From a virus, in IMG/VR virus record IMGVR_UViG_3300048672_000512, positions 96,001 through 160,000 of that record: 64,000 nt of DNA, one strand, 5' to 3'. Below the pieces are notes generated by a model. It did not search any database, was not told the DNA's origin, and was given only the letters and a program-made list of their open reading frames with translations. The position numbers and the translations under genes are program-made. This document shows, in pieces, positions 9,091-18,577 of this stretch (within the stretch, counting starts at the first letter, position 1; each line of letters begins with the position of its first letter).

Positions 9091-9717
9091 TTACTCTACT
9101 TTCTTTCTAGTTCGGCGCTGCGTCTTTGCTGGTGTTTCTTCAACCTGCGGCTTCTTCATGTTGTGCAGCTCTTTCAGAAGCTTGTCAGCTAGGTTGACAT
9201 CCGTAACTTCACTGGACACAACACGGGCAAGAAACAGGTTCTCTTCCTCTGGCGAAAGCTTCATGAATTTCCGTACAAAGCTTGCTAGTTTGCTACGGAT
9301 AGCGGCTAGCATGTAGGCTTCGCTCTTCATGATGATGGGGTCCATACCGGGATCCTCACCTAGTGCTATCGTCAGAATCTCTTTTGCGTCAGCAACACCG
9401 TTGAAGAAAGCCAGAGACAGTGGAGCAATCTCCGTAAGAAAGAATTCACGGCACTCGGTTATCGGGTCGCTTACTAACCCGTGCAATTCCTGCTTTAGCT
9501 TTTCCGCTCGATCCAGCACCATCTGGTTTACTGGATCCGGACGCTTTGCTAGGCTTGCGTCCGGCGCTAGATACGGAAGGTTTGACGACTGGTTGCTTTT
9601 GAGTGTTGAGCTTCTTTTTAGCTGCGTTGGTTGCAGCCTTCGTAGCTTTCGCTTGCTTGTCATGGCGGGTTGTTGGAGCATTGGAAACCTTTGCTGACGC
9701 ACTGTCAAAGGCGTCAA
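9091..9717 (-). CDS. Hypothetical helical protein directly upstream of terL (start uncertain, possibly ATG 9522)
   Basis: Track ORF; the C-terminal 140 aa look protein-like. Position makes it a small-terminase candidate (inference only). Confidence 0.6.
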   Translation of the reverse strand: MTPLTVRQQRFPMLQQPAMTSKRKLRRLQPTQLKRSSTLKSNQSSNLPYLAPDASLAKRPDPVNQMVLDRAEKLKQELHGLVSDPITECREFFLTEIAPLSLAFFNGVADAKEILTIALGEDPGMDPIIMKSEAYMLAAIRSKLASFVRKFMKLSPEEENLFLARVVSSEVTDVNLADKLLKELHNMKKPQVEETPAKTQRRTRKKVE

Positions 9718-9940
9718 AGTCTATTGAAGAAGCATGAACCGGAACTGCTCGCTTCTCCTTGTTTTGAATAACAGGACGGCGAGACATAAGAAGTGCAATA
9801 TCGTCACCAAGCTCTTCCAGAACGTAGCTCAGATCTTCATCTGAAAGATTCGGATCTTCCATCAGAATCTTGAGGGCTGTGCGAAAGCGTCCGCGCCATT
9901 CCTCTTTTGAAAGTGTTAGTAGTTCGTTAGAAACAGTCAT
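9446..9940 (-). CDS. Hypothetical protein, Lys/Ala-rich C-terminus
   Basis: ATGA-coupled to the upstream ORF; overlaps 9091..9717 in another frame. Confidence 0.6.
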   Translation of the reverse strand: MTVSNELLTLSKEEWRGRFRTALKILMEDPNLSDEDLSYVLEELGDDIALLMSRRPVIQNKEKRAVPVHASSIDFDAFDSASAKVSNAPTTRHDKQAKATKAATNAAKKKLNTQKQPVVKPSVSSAGRKPSKASGSSKPDGAGSSGKAKAGIARVSKRPDNRVP

Positions 9941-10401
9941 ACGTACACCTCTGAGCTTTCAGGTGGAAGAACAAGCCAACCTGACATGGTAGGCACAAGT
10001 TTTACTGTGAGCCCTACTATCTTCAGGTCACTTGAACGGTGATACGCACCCTCAAAAGCAAGAACTCGGTAAGGGTCACTAGACAGGATGTGATTCAATT
10101 CTGCGTACACATCAAAGCCGACTAACAGAGTTTCACCTCCTGCACCTAGTTGCTGGCGAATGCCGCTGTTAGCTGACATGATAGCCATCAGTAAGTCTTT
10201 CTTGCTGAAGTCAAGAACCTCATGCTTTACCGTCGTGTCTGCTCCGCATAAGAGCATATTGTTTTTCACCAATGCAGCTACGATGCGTTTTGTTTTTCTG
10301 CCTGCACGCGGTGAGACTGTCAATTGATTTGCAAACGTATCACCGACAGTGTAGCGCTTTACGATACGGACATGGTCAGAAGTGCTCATACTATTCCTCA
10401 T
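9937..10401 (-). CDS. Hypothetical protein
   Basis: 154-aa ORF coupled to the dnaB stop. Confidence 0.65.
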   Translation of the reverse strand: MRNSMSTSDHVRIVKRYTVGDTFANQLTVSPRAGRKTKRIVAALVKNNMLLCGADTTVKHEVLDFSKKDLLMAIMSANSGIRQQLGAGGETLLVGFDVYAELNHILSSDPYRVLAFEGAYHRSSDLKIVGLTVKLVPTMSGWLVLPPESSEVYV

Positions 10402-11759
10402 TCATTAAGATCTGCAGTGTAATCCGTCGGCTGCTTGAAGTTTCCGCCCTTGGTGCGCTGACGGTCGGAATTCTTGCTAACCGTTTCAATCTTGTTCAGG
10501 TCTTCCGGTGTCATGTCAGTTACCAGCATCTTTCCGTAGTCGATCTTCAAGGTGAATGGCTTGTCAACTTGGTTACGTGACTTGAGAATGTCAACGTTGA
10601 GATATCCTTGTTCCTTGGATTCCTTTGTAGCTACAAAAGACCAAGCTACGCTTGCATGTTCCTTGACAGTTTGGCTGTACTTTAACTTACCGTCTTCGTT
10701 AACTTGAGCAAGCATGACAACAACTCGGTTTGTACGTTCGGCATACACCTTACCAAGACGGGCAATCGATCCTAGTTTCTTCCATTGTTCATCACCGTCA
10801 GCCCCAGCAAGAAGAGTGATGTAATCAATGTAGACAAGATCTGACTGAATTGAGTCCATTGAAGCTAGCAGCTGTTCAGCTGTCAGATCTTCCTTTGGTT
10901 TGAAGATTGTGTACTTGCCACCTGCTGCAGCTATGCGCTTGTCAGCACGCCGCAAGCGTCGGTAGACAAGGTCGCGTTCACCAGAGGCTAAGCGCTTCAG
11001 GAAGATGTCAATGCTGGACATACCAGACAGGTTTGACATGGTTCTAGAAAGCATTTCAGCCCCGGCCATTTCGAGCGGAGCTAGAGAGGTTTTGTAACCT
11101 AGTTCAGCCTGATTGATGTTAAGCTGATTTGCAATAATGGACTTACCTGAACCAGAGCTTCCACCAATGATAACAAGCGACCCGCGAAAGAGTCCTCCAT
11201 TCACCGAGTCCCAGGTCTTGAAGCCAGTAGGAATTACGTCATCAGTTTCCTCGTTATACAGGATCTCTTCTGCATGCTTCAGCACGTTGGAGTCAACACC
11301 CATCGTGATGATTTCAGCTTCACTGCCTCTACGTGTTTGAAGCCTAGCGACACGCTCGTTGATTTCCATCAATAGACGTTCAGTGTCTACTCGTGGTTTC
11401 TTGAGATTGTTCAGAATGCCATCAGCAAGTGCAAACAGCAAGCGCGTCTTTCGATAGCTGTCAAGCTGATGTAGCAGGTCTTCTGAATCAGCTATGGTCT
11501 TTGGTGGACGCTCGGAATTGCGAAGAAACTCTCGCGTCTCTTCACTCAGACCAATGTCATCACACAGCAGAGCAAATTCAGGTACGTTGCCTTTTCTTTC
11601 AAAGTACGAACGAATTCGTATGTAGGCAGACTTACCTTCTTGCGTATGAAAGAACGTGTCATCAAGTGCACCTAAAAGTGAACCTGAAACCACGGAGTTG
11701 CGCGAACACAATCCGCGCAGTGCTCTACTTTCATGGATTGATGAAAAGAGTTTTGCCAT
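10398..11759 (-). CDS. dnaB: DnaB-like replicative helicase
   Basis: IPTGFKTWDSVNGGLFRGSLVIIGGSSGSGKS, LEM, VYIDYITLL, LAQVN, ILKSRN. Confidence 0.9.
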   Translation of the reverse strand: MAKLFSSIHESRALRGLCSRNSVVSGSLLGALDDTFFHTQEGKSAYIRIRSYFERKGNVPEFALLCDDIGLSEETREFLRNSERPPKTIADSEDLLHQLDSYRKTRLLFALADGILNNLKKPRVDTERLLMEINERVARLQTRRGSEAEIITMGVDSNVLKHAEEILYNEETDDVIPTGFKTWDSVNGGLFRGSLVIIGGSSGSGKSIIANQLNINQAELGYKTSLAPLEMAGAEMLSRTMSNLSGMSSIDIFLKRLASGERDLVYRRLRRADKRIAAAGGKYTIFKPKEDLTAEQLLASMDSIQSDLVYIDYITLLAGADGDEQWKKLGSIARLGKVYAERTNRVVVMLAQVNEDGKLKYSQTVKEHASVAWSFVATKESKEQGYLNVDILKSRNQVDKPFTLKIDYGKMLVTDMTPEDLNKIETVSKNSDRQRTKGGNFKQPTDYTADLNE

Positions 11760-11762
11760 CTG

Positions 11763-12608
11763 TTATTTCTTGATCAGAAAGCGATACCGGTAACCGTCTG
11801 GTGAACTGCTATGTGCATAGTACTTAGCCATTTCCGCACTACTATGTATGCGAGTTGAGGCAAGAACTTCCAACGTGTCTGCGTCCTCAACTTCAAATGC
11901 ATATACTTTGTATCCTTCAGCAAGACACGTAGTAACCATGCGCTCCCAGAATTTACGTCCTAGTTTTGATTGAGTTTGATCTGACAAAATACAATTGTTC
12001 AGGTCAAGGAGCTTCTCAAAAGCAAGTTGAGCTACGGACTTTGACGTTCCAAGAGCCTTGGCGCTAGCTACAGCAGGATCCTGCCAAACCGAGGTCTGCG
12101 CTGCAGTACCTCTCGGTAGGCTTGTTGGTAAGTTGTTTCCAACAGGTGTAAGCTCTACTTCGTCAAGTGTGCATAGGTAGGCAAGCTCTCCATCAACACT
12201 AGCAAACAAGAATGGTGACTGCATGAAAGTTGTTTCATACACAATTAGCTTGTCAGTCACCTTCAGAAATACCTTTACACTCTCCCTATTGCTGGACAGT
12301 TCCTTGAGTAGGCTTGACCTTCCTTCTGGAGTTTTTACATACGTTGGTAGGTGCTCGTCTATCTCTGCAGGTGACGCGGTTATGGTTTCTAACATAGGTT
12401 GCACACCATTTCGTGTTCGCATCTTGAGCTTAATCAAATCAACTTGCCAAGGCTCAACGTCGCCGTACTGACGCCTGTATGCAGCTTCTAGTAGTGCATA
12501 CTGCTTCTTATTTGGTTGAGTATGAAACGTGAACCTGGAGTGTATAGTTATCTTCTGTGTTGGTGCCAGAGGTGCACAGTAACCATCGGTGTGTGCTTTG
12601 TTAGTCAT
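11763..12608 (-). CDS. GNAT-like protein, paralog 1
   Basis: SVWQDP...AFEKLL...ILSDQTQSKLGRKFW resembles the acetyl-CoA-binding half of GNAT folds. Confidence 0.45.
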   Translation of the reverse strand: MTNKAHTDGYCAPLAPTQKITIHSRFTFHTQPNKKQYALLEAAYRRQYGDVEPWQVDLIKLKMRTRNGVQPMLETITASPAEIDEHLPTYVKTPEGRSSLLKELSSNRESVKVFLKVTDKLIVYETTFMQSPFLFASVDGELAYLCTLDEVELTPVGNNLPTSLPRGTAAQTSVWQDPAVASAKALGTSKSVAQLAFEKLLDLNNCILSDQTQSKLGRKFWERMVTTCLAEGYKVYAFEVEDADTLEVLASTRIHSSAEMAKYYAHSSSPDGYRYRFLIKK

Positions 12609-12609
12609 A

Positions 12610-13458
12610 CTATTTCTTTATGAAGAAACGGATGCAGTGCCCGGATGGGTCGCTAGCCCCAGAGTAGTAGCTGCCCATTTCATTCACATTCTCTACTCCG
12701 ACAGACTCAGATACATGAAATTCTCCAGGAGAACCTTCAAGCACAGTAAAAGCGTACACCTTGTAGCCACTAGCAAGTGCCTGAGAAACCATTCGTTCCC
12801 AAAACTTGCGCCCTAGCATAGACTGAGTTTCGTCAGATAGAATGCAGCCCTTTGTGTCAAGAAGCTTCCAGAATGCTGCTTGTGCAATAGACTTGCCGTT
12901 CAGACTCAAGGTTCTGCTTAGTTCTGGATCCTGCCATACAGAAGCCTGATAGGCAGTAAGCTTTGGTAACCAATCTGGTAGACTGAAACCGTCAGGCTTA
13001 ACTTCAGATTCGACAAGCTCGCACAGGTATGCTAGTTTGCCATCAACTTCAGCAAACAGGTAGATTTCTCCGTCAGGTAGCTCCGTTCGGTAAACCAAGT
13101 TGCCGTTGTTGAGCTTCAGAAAAGGTCGGGCCGTGTGATGCTTCTTTATGTAGGCAAGCCTTGCTGCGCGAGATTCTTCCGTTTTTACATAGTCTGGAAC
13201 ATAGTCGTCAATTTCTGCAGGAAGCGCAGTGACCCTAGTAAAAGCATTAAGTTTGACGCCATTGCGTATGCGAAGAGCCTGTTTCAGGTAGTCTGAAGAC
13301 AGTCCATCTTGCAACCCTGCACAGAGGTGTGCGTCTTTCAGAGAGTGAAGCTGATTGCTACTAGGCTGCTTATGGCTCTTGAAGAAAGTGCGGGTCGTTA
13401 TCGTTTTATACGGCTGAAGCGGAGCGCAGTATCCGTCAGTATGCGCTTTGTCAGGCAT
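12610..13458 (-). CDS. GNAT-like protein, paralog 2
   Basis: Shares KAHTDGYCAPL and ILSDETQSMLGRKFWERMV with 11763..12608; AGGAG precedes ATG 13458. Confidence 0.45.
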   Translation of the reverse strand: MPDKAHTDGYCAPLQPYKTITTRTFFKSHKQPSSNQLHSLKDAHLCAGLQDGLSSDYLKQALRIRNGVKLNAFTRVTALPAEIDDYVPDYVKTEESRAARLAYIKKHHTARPFLKLNNGNLVYRTELPDGEIYLFAEVDGKLAYLCELVESEVKPDGFSLPDWLPKLTAYQASVWQDPELSRTLSLNGKSIAQAAFWKLLDTKGCILSDETQSMLGRKFWERMVSQALASGYKVYAFTVLEGSPGEFHVSESVGVENVNEMGSYYSGASDPSGHCIRFFIKK

Positions 13459-13584
13459 TTGCACTCCTGTCAACCGCAGCTGCATCCTTTTCAGGCGCGT
13501 GCAGAGTTCCGATGACAGGAGTTGTACACAGCCAGGGGCAATACATCTTGTACAGATAGGAAATAGTCAAGCTCCAGAGCATCA

Positions 13585-14172
13585 TCACATCACCTCTACT
13601 TTTCGTTTAACAAGACCCGACGAGTGAAAGAAAACTTGATTCACAGGTCGGTACAGTTTGGTTGCAAAGAAGGTAACCGGATCTTCACCGGCTAGAACAA
13701 ATACCAGCTTAGCATGACCCCGTTTAGCGTCTATCAGATCCTGCGCTAGTTCAAGCCGATGTGGCGTCGTCACGTTTGACAGGCCTTGAACAACAATGAA
13801 ATCTGCTTCGCTGCTTAGTATCGGTTGATCGTACTTTCCAGATAGTCGCCCCCATTGAATCTTCCTGTTAGCGGCGCACTCGATTGCTTTGTGAACAAGG
13901 TGCGCTGCAAAGTAAAGAGCTACCTGATCACTAGGTGCGGAAGAGACTCCGTAGATGCCAGGTTCAAATGGATCTTCAAGAAACCCACGGTAACTGTTCA
14001 GCTGCACAGACTCCGGAAAGAACTTCTCTTTGAGAAAGTCTGAGTTCGTTCCAAAACCTGTTGGGTTGAAACTGAACGGCTTCTGCTGATAAACGTAAGA
14101 AGGAACCTCGATTCCCCTTACTAGAAAGTCTGCGTGGCTTGGAAGTTTTATGAGGCTACTTCGAGTTGTCAT
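13585..14172 (-). CDS. Hypothetical protein, possibly a degenerate P-loop (helicase-loader-like)
   Basis: GIYGVSSAPSDQVALYFAAHL and DFIVVQGL sit where Walker A and B would, but lack the canonical residues. Confidence 0.35.
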   Translation of the reverse strand: MTTRSSLIKLPSHADFLVRGIEVPSYVYQQKPFSFNPTGFGTNSDFLKEKFFPESVQLNSYRGFLEDPFEPGIYGVSSAPSDQVALYFAAHLVHKAIECAANRKIQWGRLSGKYDQPILSSEADFIVVQGLSNVTTPHRLELAQDLIDAKRGHAKLVFVLAGEDPVTFFATKLYRPVNQVFFHSSGLVKRKVEVM

Positions 14173-14761
14173 TTGTGTCGTTCCGCAACTTCAACCCCTT
14201 CTGAGATATGACCAAGTGCGTAAGTATGAAAACGTCAGAATGACCCCAGAGGTCAGCTTCAAACTTGTCCAAGTCTGCGTGATTATGCAGTTGAACAAGT
14301 CGGTTTGGAGTCTCCCGCCTGCTATAGAAATAGACAAACAAAGCAGGGTCAAGAAAAGCTTTCATGAGGCAGTAACCCCAGAAAGCCTTACCATCTTCTG
14401 TCTGCTGCGTGTCTGTTATAAGGGCACCAAACTTCGGAAGAAGCTTTTCAAAGAAGACGTGACTAGCAAAACCGGCGGTTGCCGGCACATTCTTGTTCTT
14501 CCAAACAAGGACTTGGCGACCAAACTTGTTTCCACCACCTCGCACCTTACGGTAGCGAACAAAGTAGACTATAACATCGTTCTTCACCAAACACACATAA
14601 CCAGTACCACCATCGCCAAATTCGTAAACATCAGCACCGTTCCACTTATCATCAGGTGGTACTTTGCTGATCTTTTTCTTCAGATATAGACGTTCAAGCC
14701 CCTGCACCATTGCTGACTCATTCAGAGGCGGAATTAGTTGCACTGCAGTTACCTCATTCAT
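14156..14761 (-). CDS. GNAT-like protein, paralog 3
   Basis: QVLVWKN...FFEKLL...LITDTQQTEDGKAFW; begins MNEVTAV. Confidence 0.45.
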   Translation of the reverse strand: MNEVTAVQLIPPLNESAMVQGLERLYLKKKISKVPPDDKWNGADVYEFGDGGTGYVCLVKNDVIVYFVRYRKVRGGGNKFGRQVLVWKNKNVPATAGFASHVFFEKLLPKFGALITDTQQTEDGKAFWGYCLMKAFLDPALFVYFYSRRETPNRLVQLHNHADLDKFEADLWGHSDVFILTHLVISQKGLKLRNDTNDNSK

Positions 14762-16398
14762 TACAGACCTTCACGTACTGAGCCATAATCCACATAGTTC
14801 TTCTTTCGCTTCTTGGTATTTGAAAACCACTGCATCAACTCCTTCTCTACAGGTTGCGGTACGATAGGATTGAATCCCGGCTTGACAGCATTCCAGTACT
14901 CATTCCGCCGTGTTGACCGCATTATATCGCAGTCATCAAGCGTAAACACAATCAACGGATCCGGCTTGCCGTCCATCGGTGTGAGTATTCGAGAGATTCG
15001 CTGTTGTGCTTTTGGGAGGTTGGAGTTCAGTCCGCACTCAACAATTGCAGACGCTCTTGGAACATTCAGACCCACTGATAGCAGCGCAATGTTGCCTACA
15101 AGAATCTTGCACTTGTACTGCCTTGCTGCATTCACAATCTCCATGCGTCGGTCAACCTTTTTGCTCTTAGGAAGGCCACCGTAGAATGGAAGAGCGAAAC
15201 CAGCCGTCTCAGTCTCCTCGTTTATGTAACGCGTCCATTCAAGAATAGCATTCACGCGACTGAGAGGAATGAGGACTAGGTGCCCTTGCTTTGCAAGTTC
15301 GATTGCTCGCTTGCAGATAGTGGTCTTGCGAACCGTGTTTGACTCAAGCCTTGAAACCAGCGAAGTGAAAGACGCCTGCCCCATTCCTGCAGTCCACTCC
15401 TTCTTTGGCATGTTTAGCAGTTCAACACGTGGACGCAAACGATCAATTTCTGCTTTGTAGATAACCTGACCAACAAGGTCATTAGCTATCTTGAACTCTT
15501 CCGTTACCTTTCTGGCAGGGGTTCCGGTAAGTCCGATTATGTAGGTAGCGTTGAAGGCGGCAAGAACTCGGCTTGACTCCTTAGCTGGAACGCCGTGCAC
15601 TTCGTCAATCACTACAACCTCAAACATGTCTGCAATGTCTTGAAGAAGCTTCTTTCCGCGCTGTTCGCTAAAGAATGTGGCGAACGTAGCTAGACATACA
15701 TCAGTAGCCTGAAATTCTTCAAGTTTTGTGCATATACGAACTTGCTCCGGTTTCGCATTGGTAAAGGCCTCTGCTGTTTCTGAACCTATGAAGGTTTCTC
15801 GAAACTGCTTTAACCACTCAGACTGATGCGCAATAATGAGAGTCTTCTTTCCAACTCTACAAGCTATAGCAGCTCCCATCAAAGTCTTGCCAGACCTAGG
15901 TGGTGCTTCTATGATACCGAACTTTTTCTTCAGTGCTGTCGCGACAGCAGCCTCCTGGTAGTCTCGAAGCGGAACCGTTGTCTTGATCGCTCTGGAAAAA
16001 GGTTCTGAGTCTGGACGCTCAACCTGAAGCTCAAGGTTGCTGTAGCCGCACTCAGTAAGAACTTCAAGCAAGCGCTTCTTTCCGCCGCGAGGAACCTTCC
16101 AGTATTTAGACTTTCCAACCTGAACTGGCTTCTGAGTAGTTCTACCACCCAGAAAGGCAGCGCAGCTATCGCAGGTTTCACTCGGCCTGTCGTCAAGATG
16201 CTCGCAATTCTTGCACGCTTCCTCTTTGAAGAAGAAGTAGGTGAACTTCTCTTCCAGGCTAGTTACAACACGTTCCGTGATGTTCTTGATCGGTATGTAG
16301 TAGCCATTTGCTCGAATGATCTTCAGCGGTGCTTCAAAGACGCTGTCTGACGGTCTTGGTAACGGACGATCAACTTCAATGTCCTTGGTTATTGGCAT
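14761..16398 (-). CDS. uvsW: SF2 helicase, UvsW-like
   Basis: LRDYQ, APPRSGKT, VIDEVH, GLTGTP, LSVGLNVP, QRISRIL; N-terminal CxxC..CxxC. Confidence 0.85.
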   Translation of the reverse strand: MPITKDIEVDRPLPRPSDSVFEAPLKIIRANGYYIPIKNITERVVTSLEEKFTYFFFKEEACKNCEHLDDRPSETCDSCAAFLGGRTTQKPVQVGKSKYWKVPRGGKKRLLEVLTECGYSNLELQVERPDSEPFSRAIKTTVPLRDYQEAAVATALKKKFGIIEAPPRSGKTLMGAAIACRVGKKTLIIAHQSEWLKQFRETFIGSETAEAFTNAKPEQVRICTKLEEFQATDVCLATFATFFSEQRGKKLLQDIADMFEVVVIDEVHGVPAKESSRVLAAFNATYIIGLTGTPARKVTEEFKIANDLVGQVIYKAEIDRLRPRVELLNMPKKEWTAGMGQASFTSLVSRLESNTVRKTTICKRAIELAKQGHLVLIPLSRVNAILEWTRYINEETETAGFALPFYGGLPKSKKVDRRMEIVNAARQYKCKILVGNIALLSVGLNVPRASAIVECGLNSNLPKAQQRISRILTPMDGKPDPLIVFTLDDCDIMRSTRRNEYWNAVKPGFNPIVPQPVEKELMQWFSNTKKRKKNYVDYGSVREGL

Positions 16399-16407
16399 TT
16401 AGATCTT

Positions 16408-16932
16408 TCATGTTACGTTCACTTCTCTCTTGTCAAGAGTGATCTTGAATATGTCTATAAGGTTGCGCAGACCAAACGCAGTTTGATCGATATCCTTTAT
16501 GTACAGGTCAACCGTGTCCTGCGTAGACTCAAGTTGAGACTGCAGGCGGATTGACCTTGAAATCAGCCTGTCGATAGCTGCGCGCCTGTCTTGTTGAGTA
16601 CGTCCGTATTCAGCTAGTTCTTCCGAGTACTCAGTTTGAATATGCCTACGCACGTTCGACATAGATACAGACAGGAGTTCATACGTGCGACTGCACAGAA
16701 CACGTAGCTCTGTCAAACGCGAACGAGCTGCCATGTCACCAGTCAACGCCTTTTGAATCATCGATGGAGTAAGCGCTGCAGTTGACAGCTTTCTGGAAGA
16801 TCGTGCGGAATGCAGAAACTCAGCTTCTCTAAGAATCTCTTCACAGTCGATAGCCGCTTCCACCGTATCGCGTATGTTGCGAAACCTAAGAAACTCAGCA
16901 TCCTTGTTTAGAATTGCTTTAAGGTTTGACAT
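16408..16932 (-). CDS. Helical protein, possible UvsY-like recombination mediator
   Basis: Adjacent to uvsW; the C-terminal DIDQTAFGLRNLIDIF loosely recalls the UvsY C-terminus. Confidence 0.4.
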   Translation of the reverse strand: MSNLKAILNKDAEFLRFRNIRDTVEAAIDCEEILREAEFLHSARSSRKLSTAALTPSMIQKALTGDMAARSRLTELRVLCSRTYELLSVSMSNVRRHIQTEYSEELAEYGRTQQDRRAAIDRLISRSIRLQSQLESTQDTVDLYIKDIDQTAFGLRNLIDIFKITLDKREVNVT

Positions 16933-16935
16933 GGA

Positions 16936-17358
16936 TTAGATCATTGTCAGGTAGCTATGCAACTTGTCGTCCAACTCGCCACCTACAACCAACGTGCCCT
17001 TGTTTGGAACATGGTAGACGCACAGCTGCTTGGTGCGAATCGGAACCTGTATCTCCGAGTTCTCAACGCTGACGTTTGCTGCTGTTTCTCGCCATGAGTT
17101 ATGAACGTACAGAAGACCTGTAGGTAGGGCTATGAGAGGCTGCGGACTCTTGAAAAGATAACCAACCTGCTCGTTGCCTCTAAACAAGGTTCCAACAGAC
17201 ATTGGAAGCCTGAGCCCTTCAGCCGTTGAAGTTAGCCTCTTTGCTCTAACCGAGTCTCCTGCAACCAGCTTAGCCGTCGTGAAAATGTAGGAGTTATCTA
17301 CAACTGGCAGCGTGTAGAAAATTCCTTGCACGTACGTAGCTCTTATTAAGTACGGCAT
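16936..17358 (-). CDS. Hypothetical protein
   Basis: 140-aa ORF in the operon. Confidence 0.65.
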   Translation of the reverse strand: MPYLIRATYVQGIFYTLPVVDNSYIFTTAKLVAGDSVRAKRLTSTAEGLRLPMSVGTLFRGNEQVGYLFKSPQPLIALPTGLLYVHNSWRETAANVSVENSEIQVPIRTKQLCVYHVPNKGTLVVGGELDDKLHSYLTMI

Positions 17359-17366
17359 ACATCAGT

Positions 17367-18464
17367 TCAAATTTCTGAAGTCTGAGCGGCAAACAAGAGT
17401 TCGTCAGTCTTGACGCATAGGGCTCCGTCATTGACTGACATGGTAACGGTGTCGGTTGAGCACTTGGAAAGAATGTTCTGAAGGAACTTCACTTCCAGTC
17501 CAAAGGTAGCGCTGCCTTTGCCATTCACCTCAAGCGAGCTTGACGCTTTACCTGCAGAGCTGTTTACTGACAGAGCTAGCGTGCTGCCCTTGAGAGCAAA
17601 CTTGATAACGGCGTCAGCACCGCCCTTGGAATCGTATAGAGAAACTGCTTTGGCAGACATCAAGTAGTCTTCAAGAGCTTCCTTGCTTACCGAGAAGTAG
17701 TTGCTGTCTCGTGTACCAAGTTCCTTTGCTTTGGTCAGCACGAGGTCACCAGTAGGTTCGTTATCGGCAAGCTCTGTCATCATGGTGACGATGGTGAAGT
17801 GCCCACTGCGAATGAGAACAGCCTCGTTTGAAACTTGCATCACCACGTCACTTGAAGGCAGTTCCTTCATGGTAGTTGCAAACCTTGGATAGGCCACATT
17901 CAACTCCATCGGCTCGATGTCAAAGGTGTTCTTTGCACCAGCGTAAACAAGCTGAAAGCCATTCGAGTCATAGCCTACAAGAGACACCATCTTGGACGTA
18001 ACACGAATAAACAGACGCGGATCCGTTTGTGCGCTGTGTACTTTCTCAAGCTTCAGCAATGGAAGCTTTTCGTTTAGAAAAGCCCAGAAGGATGCTGTCA
18101 TCTTGAACTCGGTTGCGTCCTTCAGAAGGCTTACTTCCGGAACAACAGCAGCTGTAGTTGCACGCAGTTCCACGTTAGACCTTCCTGAGGAAATGACAAG
18201 CATGTCATTCTTCAGAGCGTAGGCTACATTTGTTTTCTTGCCAAGAGCAAGTTGCAGAGTATCGTAGGGAACCTGTATGGATTCAGAGCCGGTTAGAAAG
18301 GTGACAGGAAAGATGAACTTTGCAGATCCATACAGCGACGACATCGTCACCATAGTTCCCGACTTGTGACTAGTGAAGATCGCACTTGGAAATGCACCGA
18401 TTACCTTCTCTACCACCTTGAGGTAGACGTTAAGAGACGGGGCAGAATCTTTTTTGGTAGCCAT
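17367..18464 (-). CDS. DNA polymerase sliding clamp, bacterial beta (DnaN)-like
   Basis: 365 aa from ATG 18464 (RBS AAGGA); repeated beta-alpha pattern; C-terminal FGLEVKFLQNILSK...VTMSV resembles the beta-clamp third domain. Confidence 0.6.
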   Translation of the reverse strand: MATKKDSAPSLNVYLKVVEKVIGAFPSAIFTSHKSGTMVTMSSLYGSAKFIFPVTFLTGSESIQVPYDTLQLALGKKTNVAYALKNDMLVISSGRSNVELRATTAAVVPEVSLLKDATEFKMTASFWAFLNEKLPLLKLEKVHSAQTDPRLFIRVTSKMVSLVGYDSNGFQLVYAGAKNTFDIEPMELNVAYPRFATTMKELPSSDVVMQVSNEAVLIRSGHFTIVTMMTELADNEPTGDLVLTKAKELGTRDSNYFSVSKEALEDYLMSAKAVSLYDSKGGADAVIKFALKGSTLALSVNSSAGKASSSLEVNGKGSATFGLEVKFLQNILSKCSTDTVTMSVNDGALCVKTDELLFAAQTSEI

Positions 18465-18522
18465 TTTTGGTCCTTGCTGGTAAGAAGTGGGTTTACCTAT
18501 GAACTTCACAGTTTCCACGCGT

Positions 18523-18561
18523 AAAACGAAAACGGCGAACTCCGTTGAAGAAGCTCGCCGT
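18523..18561 (-). terminator. Rho-independent terminator
   Basis: ACGGCGAGCT...AGTTCGCCGT followed by TTTCGTTTT, just after the topoisomerase stop. Confidence 0.75.
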
Positions 18562-18577
18562 GTGGTGTTGCTTTGAA

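Noticed and set aside
9601-9630. Canonical -1 slippery site TAAAAAG joining the two ORFs upstream of terL
   Set aside because: Not an X XXY YYZ heptamer, and joining needs +1/-2 rather than -1.
13505-13575. TTGTACA direct repeat as part of the TGTTACA regulon
   Set aside because: Different core and spacing, one locus only, and no convincing -10 element.
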